DNA of 64,000 bases from Chloroflexota bacterium (GCA_016190505.1 JACPQM010000043.1:9188-73187); one strand, 5' to 3'; shown: positions 29,601 to 38,983, counted from the first letter of the stretch. The notes: generated from the sequence alone by a model not told the origin. Made by a program: numbers and translations.

Positions 29601-30140
29601 GCGGGCATGGATACCGAATTTCTCTAGAAGCTCCTCTTCTTGCCATTGTTTAGTAAGTCCGCCGGGAGTAACGATCAACACCTTGTTAATGACGCCACGG
29701 AAAAGCAGTTCCTTCAGCAGCAGTCCTGTCATGATAGTCTTGCCCGCGCCGGTGTCGTCTGCCAGTAGAAACCTGATGCGTGGAAGTGGAAGGAGATAGT
29801 GATAGACGGCTTCCACCTGGTGGGGGAGGGGGTCTACGACGCTGGAGTTTACAGCGAAGAGGGGGTCGAACTGGTGAGCAATACGGATGCGCTCGGCCTC
29901 AGTGCCCAGCAAGAACTTCTCTGCGTCCCCGTCGTAGGTGAGTTCGGCACCGCGAATCCTCACCAGTCGGGCGAGTTCCTCATCAGACAGCGGGCGCTTC
30001 ACGACGCGCCTGGACTGGACTCCGACACCTTCAATCAGTGTCTTGCTGCCGAACGGAGCCACCCTCTGGACCTCGACCAGTTCCGAAGGCTCGAGTCCAG
30101 AAACAATATCGCCAGGAGACAAAGCGGTTGTTTCTGCCAT
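26616..30140 (-). CDS. SNF2-family helicase fused to a C-terminal PD-(D/E)xK-like nuclease domain
   Basis: Motif I is LADDTGAGKT, motif II is VVVDEAHK, motif III is TATPHRG, and motif VI is QRMGRVHRYGQ. The C-terminal ~150 aa carry D…(IEV)K (…HYDIRSEG…KRFIEVKGR…). Confidence 0.85.
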   Translation of the reverse strand: MAETTALSPGDIVSGLEPSELVEVQRVAPFGSKTLIEGVGVQSRRVVKRPLSDEELARLVRIRGAELTYDGDAEKFLLGTEAERIRIAHQFDPLFAVNSSVVDPLPHQVEAVYHYLLPLPRIRFLLADDTGAGKTIMTGLLLKELLFRGVINKVLIVTPGGLTKQWQEEELLEKFGIHARLVNRPSFEAEPGQFSRYEDGIFVISIDFLARNEGCLKAAQETQWDLVVVDEAHKLSAYEYGTKIEESERYKAIKALADKTDHLIFLTATPHRGRKDTFRRLLLLLDEDLFQKDEHVSKRVREQVAAFEAGGEDFEGEKPISAARNRFFLRRLKEEMVDWDNQPLFKDRHTKTLGYELTPEEKILYDEVTRYVRSKRKEAKAKKNRNVELTLMVMQRRLASSIYAITRTLENRLKALTEVLVVLRDPRKTAAEKKRLLGGDTDPTDPRDISEYEDMTEEERDRIDKRIFGQVLTDDPAKVEEERDEVDRLFNLAATLKHHKEAKFTELLKVLDTSEVIRTEDEKLLIFTEHKDTLDNLAKRLEDMGYSVAAIHGSMDVDERKRAQREFRTRAKIMVATDAAGEGINLQFCRFLINWDIPWNPNRLEQRMGRVHRYGQNDDVWVYNLVAQNTREGSVLRHVLSKLDVMRDQMGSDRVYDVIDDWLEGVPLVSLMERAIDSEDATGAEEETTEALILASQEKAEKLVALQKKTSLASHLNLRAARELRDASDERKLQPLFVQRFFEKAWVACGGTIQQDQHFPVWNLGRTPVALLDLAKERRTPISDHYDTPFVFDKQLVSVASKVRVPDRTKLLGPGHVLFDTVIGWAIREARHAFARGAVLVDPNIATPQHVWLVRSTIQDGRNESRTRLAHERLAVVAADHMGLRITSPSYLLNCIPPIQQPDTPGAQAHSAEEVQAWAYETVTEKQLGQTSAARQEECNVRREYLNTAFTDLILELQGHLNELQHASLFGEINAEERERLQKRIVDLKTRKVERMKELDLMLNLTANLPDIITQAVTIPAQEAIVEGEGPGPSRGFPMRRDDEVEQIAMDCVMRYERGRGWKPVDVHKDGEHYDIRSEGPAGEKRFIEVKGRAQSGAIVLTGPEKDKLEQLESRGWLYIVTLCKDERPRLRMIQDPIPNLNPEMLYRNVQFLVDESDWASQGTELQLDGSKED

Positions 30141-30212
30141 ATCCTAACCTCATCCTCCCGGCAAGACCTTTAATGCCTAGCCGCGCTGCACTGGCCCTGA
30201 TGGTCGGTTCGT

Positions 30213-30218
30213 ATTCTA
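30213..30218 (-). promoter_or_regulatory. TGcTAGAAT extended -10-like element ~70 nt upstream of the helicase start codon (minus strand)
   Basis: Reverse complement of attcta(gca) at 30213-30220. Confidence 0.25.
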
Positions 30219-30605
30219 GCACACCCAAACGTGAGCGAGACCGCCGCCTATTCAGTCGCCGACATTCAGAGCCAACTGGAACCGAGTGTTGGATGTCAGC
30301 AGCGTGGCAAGATCCACGTGTTGTGTCGGGCGTAACACAGGGTTGTCATTGGTGCAGTAGGGAACAATAAGCCAGGTTGTGCCGCCGCTGACGAGGGCTC
30401 CACCATCGCGGACAGTAAGCAGAGCTCTTGCCATCACCTTTTGGTACTCGCTGAAACCCTGAATCCGCGCCGGGGCAATTGCACCTGAGCGCAGGGCAAG
30501 GCACCGCGGCCACGGTACCATCTTCGTAGATGACTTTGCCGTGGTCGCGTCTCCCCCGTGGCGCCAACCGTGGGGACCCCTCCACAGCCGCTGCTCGGCA
30601 CCCGG

Positions 30606-31709
30606 CTACTTCTCCGGTGGGAGCGGGGCCCCCGTCCGCGCCTGGTACTCCGGGCAGTCCTCCAGTTGCTCGAAGCCGCAGGCCATGTCCACGCCCAGGA
30701 TGGGGGTCCAGTTGGGCTCCGCACAGGCCAGCCGGGCGGGCCGGCTGCCGGCATTGAAGTGCTGGACAGTGCACCCACCCGAGTTGATGGGTAGTATGAG
30801 CATGTCGCCGGGCACCCAGTCGTAGCGCTTGCCGTCCACCGTGGAGTATCCCTCTCCCTCGACCACGTAGTGGATGCGACCCCCCTGGTGTTTCTGCAAT
30901 CCGGAGCGGCTGCCCGGCGGTATGTCGTGGACCCAGAACAGGATGTGGTGCATCACCACGTCCTCCAGGTCGGGATGAACGTACCAGCGGTAGAAGCCCA
31001 TCCGGTTGCACTCGACAGGCTGGTCCTGCTCGCGGACGACCCAGCGGCTCCGGGCGATGCGCTCCCGCTGCTGGTTGCGCGTCCGGTAGAGCGAGTCGAG
31101 AAGCGTGGCGGGCCGGCCAGGCACCTCGATGTCGTAGCCGCGCAGGTAAGCCGCCTCGGGCAGGAAGTCCTTGGGGCGGTAGACCTCGTCGTTGCCGGGG
31201 CCTTTCCAGTCGGGTGAGTCGGTCTCCTGGCGGGTCTCGTAGGCCACTACCTCCATGAACGGCCAGTAGCCTATGACGAACATCCCGCAAGGGTTGCCCG
31301 GGTCCAGGTTCACGTGCTCGTGGGAGTTCTCGAAGGGAGTGACGGGCAGAATCTCCAGGTCGCCCTTCTGCCAGTCCATCCGGACCTCGTTGTTCACGGT
31401 GTATCCCCGGCCCTCCAGCACGTAGAGGATGCGGCCGCCCCCCTTGTGGGTATGCCTTCCCCTCCGAATGACCTGCTGGTTGGTGATGCTTATCTTCCAC
31501 CCGGGGGCGGCCAGCTCGTGCCAGTTCGTGTGGTTCATGTACTGCTTGCCGTAGCCGTGGCGGCTCTGCTCCCAGGGCACCTCCTCGCCCCGGATGAGGA
31601 CTCGCCCCTGCGCCCTCTGTTTGGCCCTCTCTATCCCGAACTTGTAGAGGTAGTCATTGATGTCCAACTGAGGCCCGCGCTCCTTGAGGCGCTCTACTTC
31701 CCTTTGCAT
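30606..31709 (-). CDS. bicupin dioxygenase (gentisate/1-hydroxy-2-naphthoate dioxygenase-like)
   Basis: Internal ATG at 31709 with an AAGGAG SD (MQREVERL…). Two cupin halves (…THKGGGRILYVLEGRGY… and …HQGGRIHYVVEGEGY…). Confidence 0.7.
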   Translation of the reverse strand: MQREVERLKERGPQLDINDYLYKFGIERAKQRAQGRVLIRGEEVPWEQSRHGYGKQYMNHTNWHELAAPGWKISITNQQVIRRGRHTHKGGGRILYVLEGRGYTVNNEVRMDWQKGDLEILPVTPFENSHEHVNLDPGNPCGMFVIGYWPFMEVVAYETRQETDSPDWKGPGNDEVYRPKDFLPEAAYLRGYDIEVPGRPATLLDSLYRTRNQQRERIARSRWVVREQDQPVECNRMGFYRWYVHPDLEDVVMHHILFWVHDIPPGSRSGLQKHQGGRIHYVVEGEGYSTVDGKRYDWVPGDMLILPINSGGCTVQHFNAGSRPARLACAEPNWTPILGVDMACGFEQLEDCPEYQARTGAPLPPEK

Positions 31710-32080
31710 TGGTCCATCTCCTTGCTGCCAGCCGCACAAGCGGCGGCCTGCTCCCGATAGACTCCCAATATCACACAACGGTAGCGCGAGTCAAGCGATA
31801 TTAGAGGGGCTCCCCACCATTGTGGGAGCCTCGACACGCTGGGGCCCCCACCCGCACGCAGCGTACGCCAGAACTGGACTGAAGAAGTGACTACTTTCCG
31901 GTGCGCAATGGGCCTTCCGGACAGGGTGCTGCCGGTCCAACTCGGGCCGTGTGCCCGCAGGCCGGGTCCAAGGGGTTCTTTTCGAACCTTCGTGTCTCTT
32001 GACACAAGCTCAGAAGATATGGTATCAAAGCACAGTCTGCCGGTGGCCTGGTTGGGCCTGTTAGTTAAGGGAGGCACAGA

Positions 32081-33289
32081 ATGAGAACCAAGCGTGTCCT
32101 GGCTTTCCTGGGTGTGTTGGTATTGTTGCTCGCTGCCTGTGGCCCCGCGGCCACGGCAACCCCGCAGCGAGTGGTGCAAACCCCCACCCCAACACCGGGA
32201 GAGCCCATAAGAATAGGGCATCTGCTGGCGCTTACGGGGCCTTTTGCCGGCATCATGGAGATCTTCAACCCAGGGGTGGACTGCGCGTTTGAAGAGGTCG
32301 GCTGGCAGGTCGCCGGTAGGCCCATCAAGCTGGTCCGGGAGGATACCCAGTTCAAGGCTGATGTGGCCCTGAGCAAGGCCAAGAAGCTGATGGAGGTTGA
32401 CAAGATACATCTCGGCTTTGGGCCTCAGGTGACCTTCGAGGCTCAGGCGGCCAAGGAATACCTCACACAGTCAGGCATCCCCTGGATCACTTCTGACCTC
32501 GCTCTTCCTGATTGGGCGCAGAAGGGCACCAACATCTTCCACGTTGGCCCGATACCGCAGCAGGCGTTCACAGATGATGTGCTGAGCTACATCTACAATG
32601 ATCTTGGGATCCGCAAGGCCATAGTCTACTCGCAGGACCACCCGGGGGGGCGCCTCTGGTCCCAGGGTTTCATGGACGGGTTCAAGAAGGTCGGCGGCCA
32701 GATCGTCCAGGAGAACTACTTCCCGCCGGACATCGTGGACCACGCCGTCAATTTCCCGAAACTGAAGGTTGGAGAAGCTGACGCCATAGTCACGGCCCTG
32801 TGGGGCGCGGCAGCCGCCAGATTCGTGAAGCAAGCCGACGAATATGGCCTGACCAAGAAGACAAAGGTCCTTGGTTTGGCCTCCATGGTGGAGGACGACA
32901 CCACGCTGCCGGCGGTTGGCAAGTCCGCCGTGGGCATCGTGAGCCTGTATGCTCTGCCGCCTCCGGACTATGACAACCCGGCGTACAAACGGCTCAATGA
33001 CTGCGTAGCCGGCAAGATCAAGCTGCCGCCCGGGATGGCCATTCAAGGTTACCTTGAAGCCAGGGCCGCCATTGAGGCGATCAAGGCGGTCAAGGGCAAC
33101 GTGGAGGACCGAGGGGCACTTCTCCAGGCCCTTCGGAATGTGAGCTTTGACTCGCCGCAAGGCGCTTTCAGTTTCCAGGAATGCCAACTGGGGCGAAGGA
33201 CGATCTTTGTGAAGAAGGTGGTCGAAAAGGCTGGCGTGGTCCAGAACGAGATGCTCAAGACGTTTGCCTCAGCGCCATTCTGTCCTTAG
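32081..33289 (+). CDS. branched-chain amino-acid-type ABC transporter substrate-binding lipoprotein (LivJ/Peripla_BP_6-like)
   Basis: Signal and lipobox MRTKRVLAFLGVLVLLLAAC. Type I periplasmic binding fold. Confidence 0.8.
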   Translation: MRTKRVLAFLGVLVLLLAACGPAATATPQRVVQTPTPTPGEPIRIGHLLALTGPFAGIMEIFNPGVDCAFEEVGWQVAGRPIKLVREDTQFKADVALSKAKKLMEVDKIHLGFGPQVTFEAQAAKEYLTQSGIPWITSDLALPDWAQKGTNIFHVGPIPQQAFTDDVLSYIYNDLGIRKAIVYSQDHPGGRLWSQGFMDGFKKVGGQIVQENYFPPDIVDHAVNFPKLKVGEADAIVTALWGAAAARFVKQADEYGLTKKTKVLGLASMVEDDTTLPAVGKSAVGIVSLYALPPPDYDNPAYKRLNDCVAGKIKLPPGMAIQGYLEARAAIEAIKAVKGNVEDRGALLQALRNVSFDSPQGAFSFQECQLGRRTIFVKKVVEKAGVVQNEMLKTFASAPFCP

Positions 33290-33325
33290 CAGTCTGACCA
33301 ATCATTTGACCCGCTTCATCTGGCC

Positions 33326-34258
33326 TTGGCCCTCGGCCAGGGCCAGGTGCAGCGGCATCGGCGACCTGGCTGGGTTGAAACGCGGAGCTGGTCTAGAGTG
33401 GAACACTGGATAATCCAGAGCGCCAACGCCCTTAGCTTCGCCAGTATCCTGTTCCTGCTAGCCGCTGGGTTCTCCATAACCTTCGGCATGATGCGCGTGC
33501 TCAACATGGCCCACGCCTCCTTTTTCTTCCTGGGCGCTTACATTGGCATGGAGACCTTGAAACGCAGCCACAACTTTCTTCTGGCCCTGGTTGTGGCGTC
33601 GCTTTTCATGGGTCTGGCAGGTCTGGCAACCTACAGGTTCTTTCTTCGGAGGTTCTCTCGGGAGGAGGAATTCCCGCAGGCCCTGTTGACTATCGGCGTG
33701 CTGCTGGTCGCGTCTGAGGTGGTCCGGTGGACCTGGGGTGGCCGTGTCTACCTGCCCTCCGGCCCTACCTTCGCCACCGGCTCTATCGCCCTCGGTGGCC
33801 TTATTTTCCCCAAATACCGTCTGTTCCTTATCGCCGTTGGTGCGGCGGTATCGGTGGTCTTGTGGGTCCTGCTGACGAAGACGAGGCTGGGCGCCCTGGT
33901 CCGTGCCACAGCGGATGACGCGGAGATGTCCCAGGGCCTGGGGGTGAACACGCGCTACCTGTTCATGGGGGTGTTTGGCCTCGGAGCCATGCTCGCTGGT
34001 TTCGGGGGTGTGCTGGCGGCCCCGGTCTTGGGTCTCTACTCTGGCCTTGATTGGGAGGCGTTGCTGCTCGCGGTGGTGGTAGTGATCGTGGGTGGCGTGG
34101 GAAGCTTCTACGGCCTGCTGGTGGGTTCGCTGGCGGTCGCTTTCGTTGACACCTTTACCCGCTGGTTCATGCCGGAGCTGGCATGGTTCACCATCTTTCT
34201 GCCGGTGGCGCTGATCCTCGCTTTCAGGCCGCACGGGCTGATGGGGAAGCCCCAGTGA
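33326..34258 (+). CDS. ABC transporter permease (LivH-like)
   Basis: Multi-transmembrane BPD_transp_2-like sequence. The true start may be the GTG near 33398 (VEHWIIQSANALSF…). Confidence 0.7.
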   Translation: MALGQGQVQRHRRPGWVETRSWSRVEHWIIQSANALSFASILFLLAAGFSITFGMMRVLNMAHASFFFLGAYIGMETLKRSHNFLLALVVASLFMGLAGLATYRFFLRRFSREEEFPQALLTIGVLLVASEVVRWTWGGRVYLPSGPTFATGSIALGGLIFPKYRLFLIAVGAAVSVVLWVLLTKTRLGALVRATADDAEMSQGLGVNTRYLFMGVFGLGAMLAGFGGVLAAPVLGLYSGLDWEALLLAVVVVIVGGVGSFYGLLVGSLAVAFVDTFTRWFMPELAWFTIFLPVALILAFRPHGLMGKPQ

Positions 34259-35190
34259 GAACAAGGATTGGGCTGCTGGTGGTCCTGGGACTTGGTCTGA
34301 TTCTAGCGCCTTCATTCCTCGGACCCTGGCAGACAGGGATCCTCACTCGGGCGCTGATATTCGCCATACTGGCGATGAGCCTGGACCTGCTAATGGGCTA
34401 TGCCGGGTTGCCTTCACTGGGGCAGTCCGCGTACTTTGGCACGTCCGCCTACGTTGTGGGGCTGATGACAACACGGGCGACAGCCAGTTTCTGGCTGAAC
34501 TTTGGGGCGGGGTTGACATCGGCTGCCCTGCTGGCCGCACTGTTCGGGCTGCTGGCCTTGCGTGCCCGCGCGGTTACGTTTCTCATGATCACGCTGGCTT
34601 TGGCGCAAGTGGTGTGGGCCCTGGCGAGCAGTGGGCGTGCCGTGACCCGGGGGGCTGATGGCTTGCCTGGGATTGGAAGGCCGGACCTTGGCTTCCTACC
34701 CTGGTCCTTTGACAGCGCTGCGAGCTTCTACTATCTGGTGCTCGCCTTCTTTATCATTACCGCAGTCGTCCTGCACCGTATTGTGCGCTCTCCCTTCGGG
34801 CTGGCATTGACTGGGATCCGAGATAACGAGGTCCGTATGCGGGCCCTGGGCTACAATACCTGGCTCCACTTGTACATAGCCTTCATAATAGCCGGCACCT
34901 TCGCCGGCCTGGCGGGCATCATGGACGTGTACTTCAACAGCATTGTCACCCCGGCGTCGGCGGGGGTGATGGTCTCGGCGGATCCCATGCTGATGATAAT
35001 CCTGGGAGGGCCTGCCAGCCTCTTGGGACCCGTGCTGGGTGCTTTCCTGATAGTGCCTCTGTCAGAGGTGGTCAGCGTGTTCACCGAGCACTGGCTCATA
35101 GTCATGGGCTTGATCTACATATTGGTGATGCTGTTTGCGCGTCAGGGCCTTCTTGGCGTGTTGCGCCGGAAGGCTGAGGCGCCCGGCTAG
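34255..35190 (+). CDS. ABC transporter permease (LivM-like)
   Basis: The GTG overlaps the upstream stop (GTGA). Hydrophobic multi-transmembrane protein. No ATPase genes follow. Confidence 0.7.
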   Translation: MRTRIGLLVVLGLGLILAPSFLGPWQTGILTRALIFAILAMSLDLLMGYAGLPSLGQSAYFGTSAYVVGLMTTRATASFWLNFGAGLTSAALLAALFGLLALRARAVTFLMITLALAQVVWALASSGRAVTRGADGLPGIGRPDLGFLPWSFDSAASFYYLVLAFFIITAVVLHRIVRSPFGLALTGIRDNEVRMRALGYNTWLHLYIAFIIAGTFAGLAGIMDVYFNSIVTPASAGVMVSADPMLMIILGGPASLLGPVLGAFLIVPLSEVVSVFTEHWLIVMGLIYILVMLFARQGLLGVLRRKAEAPG

Positions 35191-35234
35191 ACAATGCGCG
35201 TGGTGCGGGCGAGCGCCCTACGAAAGGACGACCT

Positions 35235-37313
35235 ATGGAAATAGCAGTGGATGTGGGTGGAACGTTTACCGACCTCATATGTGTCCACGATGGACAGCTT
35301 GCGGTCACGAAAGTGCCTTCTACCCCAAGGGACCAGAGCGTGGGCGTAATGACTGGCGTGGAACGCCTGCTTCGTTCCGTGAGCCGGGGTCCCCGTGACA
35401 TCACCAGGTTTGTGCACGGCACAACCGTTGCCATCAACACCATCCTCGAGCGGAACGGGGCCAGTGTCGGTGTGCTCATGACGAAGGGCTTTGAAGACAC
35501 GCTCACCATTGGCCGGCAGACCCGGAGCGACCTCTACGACCTGTTCCTGGACGCCGAAACTCCAGAGTTCCTGGCCCCGCGCAGGCAAAGGACCGGGATT
35601 GACGAAAGGATTGACTTCCAGGGGAAGGTACTGGTTTCCCTGGACGAGGAAGGGGTGGCCCAGGCTGCTCGGAGACTCAAAGAGACCTACCACGTGGAGA
35701 GCATCGCGGTCTGCTACCTGTTTTCTTTCCTCAACCCGAGCCATGAGCTGAGGACCCGGGAAATCATCAACCGGCAGTTTCCCGACCTGCGAGTGGTCCT
35801 TTCCTGCGAGGTTGATCCCATATTTCGGGAATACGAGAGACTGTTGCTCACCCTCTTCGAGGCCTACATAGGGCCCCGGGTGGACCGGTATCTCAGCCGG
35901 TTGGAGCAGCAGATGGCCGCGGCCGGTATTGAGGCGGACTTGCAGATCATCCAGTCCAGGGGCGGGATCACCTCGGCCGCGTTGGCCCGAGAGAGGCCGG
36001 TGAATATCATCATGTCTGGTCCTGCTGCTGGGGTGGTGGCGGCGATTTCCGTGGGGCAAAGCCTTGGCGACTCCGGACGCCTGGGAGCCAGCACTCGCAA
36101 CCTGATAAGCCTGGATATCGGGGGCACCAGCACAGACGTTGGCCTGGTCTATGAGGGCAGGCCCCTGGTGACCAACGAGGCGAAGCTGGACCAGTACCCG
36201 GTGCGGCGAACGATGATTGACGTGAGCTCGATAGGGGCTGGCGGTGGAAGCATTGCCTGGATATCGGCTGCGGGAGGGTTGCGGGTGGGTCCCCAGAGCG
36301 CGGGATCTGACCCCGGCCCCGCATGCTACGGCCTTGGAGGACAACGTCCCGCCCTCACGGATGCTTCTGTGGTGTTGGGTTTCCTGGACCCGGACTACTT
36401 CGCCGGCGGGCTGGTGAAGCTAGATGGCGACGCGGCCCACCGGGCCGTTGAGAAGATCGCTTCCCCTCTGGGCATGGATATCCTCAACGCGGCACTGGGC
36501 ATCCACCGTGTGGTAAATGCCAACATAGCCGATCAGATCCGTGTGGCTACCATAAAGCGGGGCTACGACACCAGGGACTTCTGCCTGGTGGCCGGCGGCG
36601 GCGCCGGACCGGTCCATGGGGGCGTCCTGGCCGGGGAGCTGTCAATACCCTGGTGCGTTGTGCCAGCCATGCCAGGGGCCTTCTCGGCGGCAGGTCTTCT
36701 CGTTGCCCCGGTGGAGCACGAAAACTCCCGGACCTTCGTTTGCCGGCTCCAGGACGGGGACGCTGTGGCATCTCAGATTGCGTCCGTCTTCGAAGGGCTG
36801 ACAAAGCAGGGCGATCTACAGATGGAGCGGGACCGAATCTCTCGCAGCCGGGTCAAAGTCACCAGGTCCTGCGACATGCGGTATGCCGGGCAGTCCTACG
36901 AGTTGGAGGTGCCGCTGGGGGGCGAAATCAGCCTTCAGAGCTTGACGAAGGCGGTGGACGACTTCCATGCCCGCCATGACCTGGTCTACGGGCACCGGAA
37001 AACGGGCGTGGACGTGGAGTTCGTCAATTTCAGGACGGTGCACTCCTGCTACTTCCCACCCCTGGCTTCCTCCAACCCTCACCGCGGGCGAAGCCTGGGC
37101 GAAGCCCGAAAGGGCACCAGGCGCGTCTACTTCGGCGAATTCGTGGATGTGCCTGTCTATGAGAGGTCATGGCTCCCCTCCAGTGAGGAGACGATTACTG
37201 GGCCAGCCATCATTGAGCAAGCGGACTCCACTACTGTTCTCTACCCCGGCCAACGGTGCATTGTCCATCCCTCGGGCAACCTGCTGGTGGGTGGACTGTG
37301 CCAAAAGGAGTAA
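35235..37313 (+). CDS. hyuA: hydantoinase A / N-methylhydantoinase A (HyuA family)
   Basis: N-terminus MEIAVDVGGTFTDLI (hydantoinase/oxoprolinase N-terminal ATPase domain). Confidence 0.9.
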   Translation: MEIAVDVGGTFTDLICVHDGQLAVTKVPSTPRDQSVGVMTGVERLLRSVSRGPRDITRFVHGTTVAINTILERNGASVGVLMTKGFEDTLTIGRQTRSDLYDLFLDAETPEFLAPRRQRTGIDERIDFQGKVLVSLDEEGVAQAARRLKETYHVESIAVCYLFSFLNPSHELRTREIINRQFPDLRVVLSCEVDPIFREYERLLLTLFEAYIGPRVDRYLSRLEQQMAAAGIEADLQIIQSRGGITSAALARERPVNIIMSGPAAGVVAAISVGQSLGDSGRLGASTRNLISLDIGGTSTDVGLVYEGRPLVTNEAKLDQYPVRRTMIDVSSIGAGGGSIAWISAAGGLRVGPQSAGSDPGPACYGLGGQRPALTDASVVLGFLDPDYFAGGLVKLDGDAAHRAVEKIASPLGMDILNAALGIHRVVNANIADQIRVATIKRGYDTRDFCLVAGGGAGPVHGGVLAGELSIPWCVVPAMPGAFSAAGLLVAPVEHENSRTFVCRLQDGDAVASQIASVFEGLTKQGDLQMERDRISRSRVKVTRSCDMRYAGQSYELEVPLGGEISLQSLTKAVDDFHARHDLVYGHRKTGVDVEFVNFRTVHSCYFPPLASSNPHRGRSLGEARKGTRRVYFGEFVDVPVYERSWLPSSEETITGPAIIEQADSTTVLYPGQRCIVHPSGNLLVGGLCQKE

Positions 37314-37315
37314 GC

Positions 37316-38983
37316 ATGTCCATAGATCCCGTGACTCTAGAGATACTGCGGAACAAGTTCGACATGGTCTGCCAGGAGATGCAGACCGTTCTGGTGAGGA
37401 GTGCCCAGTCCACGATAATCAAAGAGGCCCTCGATGCTCTGAATGCCCTCTTCGATACTCAGGGACAGGTCATCTCCCAGTCCATCTCGATTCCATGCCA
37501 CCTGGGAATGGTCATCCCTGCCGTGCAGCGGATCCTCGCCGAGTTCCCTCCGGACCAGATGCACGATGGAGACATCTACACCATGAATGACCCCCACGAT
37601 GGGGGCACCCATATTCCGGACGTCTTCGTGGTCATCCCTGTGATATATGGTGGGAGGGCAATAGGGGTTGCCGTGTGCATTGCCCATCAGGTGGATATGG
37701 GAGGGAAGACCTATGGCAGCAAGGCCATGGATGCCACGGAGATATTCCAGGAGGGACTGATTATCCCGCCAATCAAACTGTATGACCAGGGCAAACGGAA
37801 CGACACCCTGTTCAAGATACTGGAACGGAACAGCAGGATACCTCAGATGGTGCTCAACGACATCCAGGCCCAGATCGCCGGCTGCACCATAGGGAAAAGG
37901 AGACTCGTTGACCTGTGTGAGAGGTACGGGGTGGAGACTGTCCTTCAAGCCAAGGACGATCTCATGGCACACTCCGAGCTCATGACCCGCCAGGTGATCG
38001 AGAAGATGCCCGGTGGCACCTATAGTGCAGTGGGCTATGTTGACTCCGATGGCGTAGAGCTGGACAAGCCTGTGAAGATCCAGTTGGCGGTGACCATCCG
38101 TGGGTCCGAAATGATTGTGGACTTTGCCGGCACCAGTCCGCAAACGAAAGGCCCCATCAACTCCACCTACGGGTCCACGGTGTCCGCGGTGTACTACACG
38201 CTCCGCTCGGTCACAGATCCCACTATCCCCAACAACGCCGGCTGCTTCCGCCCGATAGCGATCCGGACCTCAAAGGGGACCGTGGTGGACCCTGTGCCTC
38301 CATCTCCTGTCAACGCGCGGATGCCCACAGTGTGCATGGTGGGCGACGTCATGCTGGAGGCTATGGCTCAGGCGATCCCGCACAAGGTGGCGGCCGTTTC
38401 GTCCAGCACCTGCGGCCCGGGCTTTGGCGGTGTGGACCCCCTGACAGGGAAGCGCTTCATGTTCATGGACTTCGTGGCGGGAGGGGTAGGCGCTCGCCCA
38501 ATGAAGGATGGCATAGACTCGCGCGATTCGGGCGCCGGGAACTGCCATACCCTGTCTGCCGAAGTGATTGAGATGAACTACCCCATCCGCGTCAATCAGT
38601 TCGGCCTCTGGGAGGACTCCTGTGGTGCTGGGAGATACCAGGGGGGACTGGGCACTATCAAGGCCTACGAGGTCACGCGGGGCGAGCTTACTCTTATCCA
38701 CCAGACCGAGCGTCAGTTCCAGGGGCCTCCCGGTCTTCTGGACGGGGAGCCCGGCTCAAAGCAGGAAACTATCATCACCAGGCGGAGCGGGCAAATCGAG
38801 GCTGTTCCTTCCGTCGCGGTAAGGTCACTGCGGGAGGGAGACCGCCTTGTGGTCAAGGCTCCGGGTGGTGGGGGGGCCGGCAATCCCCGAGACCGAGACC
38901 GTCAGGCGGTCCTGGAAGACATTGCAGACGGTAGGGTTTCCGCGGCATTCGCCAGGGACAAATACGGCACCGCTTCAGGGTGA
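37316..38983 (+). CDS. hyuB: hydantoinase B (HyuB family)
   Basis: AAAAGGAG SD before ATG 37316, 2 nt after the hyuA stop. MSIDPVTLEILRNKF… is the typical HyuB N-terminus. Confidence 0.9.
   Translation: MSIDPVTLEILRNKFDMVCQEMQTVLVRSAQSTIIKEALDALNALFDTQGQVISQSISIPCHLGMVIPAVQRILAEFPPDQMHDGDIYTMNDPHDGGTHIPDVFVVIPVIYGGRAIGVAVCIAHQVDMGGKTYGSKAMDATEIFQEGLIIPPIKLYDQGKRNDTLFKILERNSRIPQMVLNDIQAQIAGCTIGKRRLVDLCERYGVETVLQAKDDLMAHSELMTRQVIEKMPGGTYSAVGYVDSDGVELDKPVKIQLAVTIRGSEMIVDFAGTSPQTKGPINSTYGSTVSAVYYTLRSVTDPTIPNNAGCFRPIAIRTSKGTVVDPVPPSPVNARMPTVCMVGDVMLEAMAQAIPHKVAAVSSSTCGPGFGGVDPLTGKRFMFMDFVAGGVGARPMKDGIDSRDSGAGNCHTLSAEVIEMNYPIRVNQFGLWEDSCGAGRYQGGLGTIKAYEVTRGELTLIHQTERQFQGPPGLLDGEPGSKQETIITRRSGQIEAVPSVAVRSLREGDRLVVKAPGGGGAGNPRDRDRQAVLEDIADGRVSAAFARDKYGTASG

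Noticed and set aside
30346-31500. 384-aa minus-strand ORF overlapping the bicupin gene in another frame
   Set aside because: Arg/Pro/Gly-rich artefact frame. The bicupin frame has clear cupin motifs and an SD.
35187-36344. 385-aa minus-strand ORF
   Set aside because: Antisense to hyuA. Low-complexity composition.
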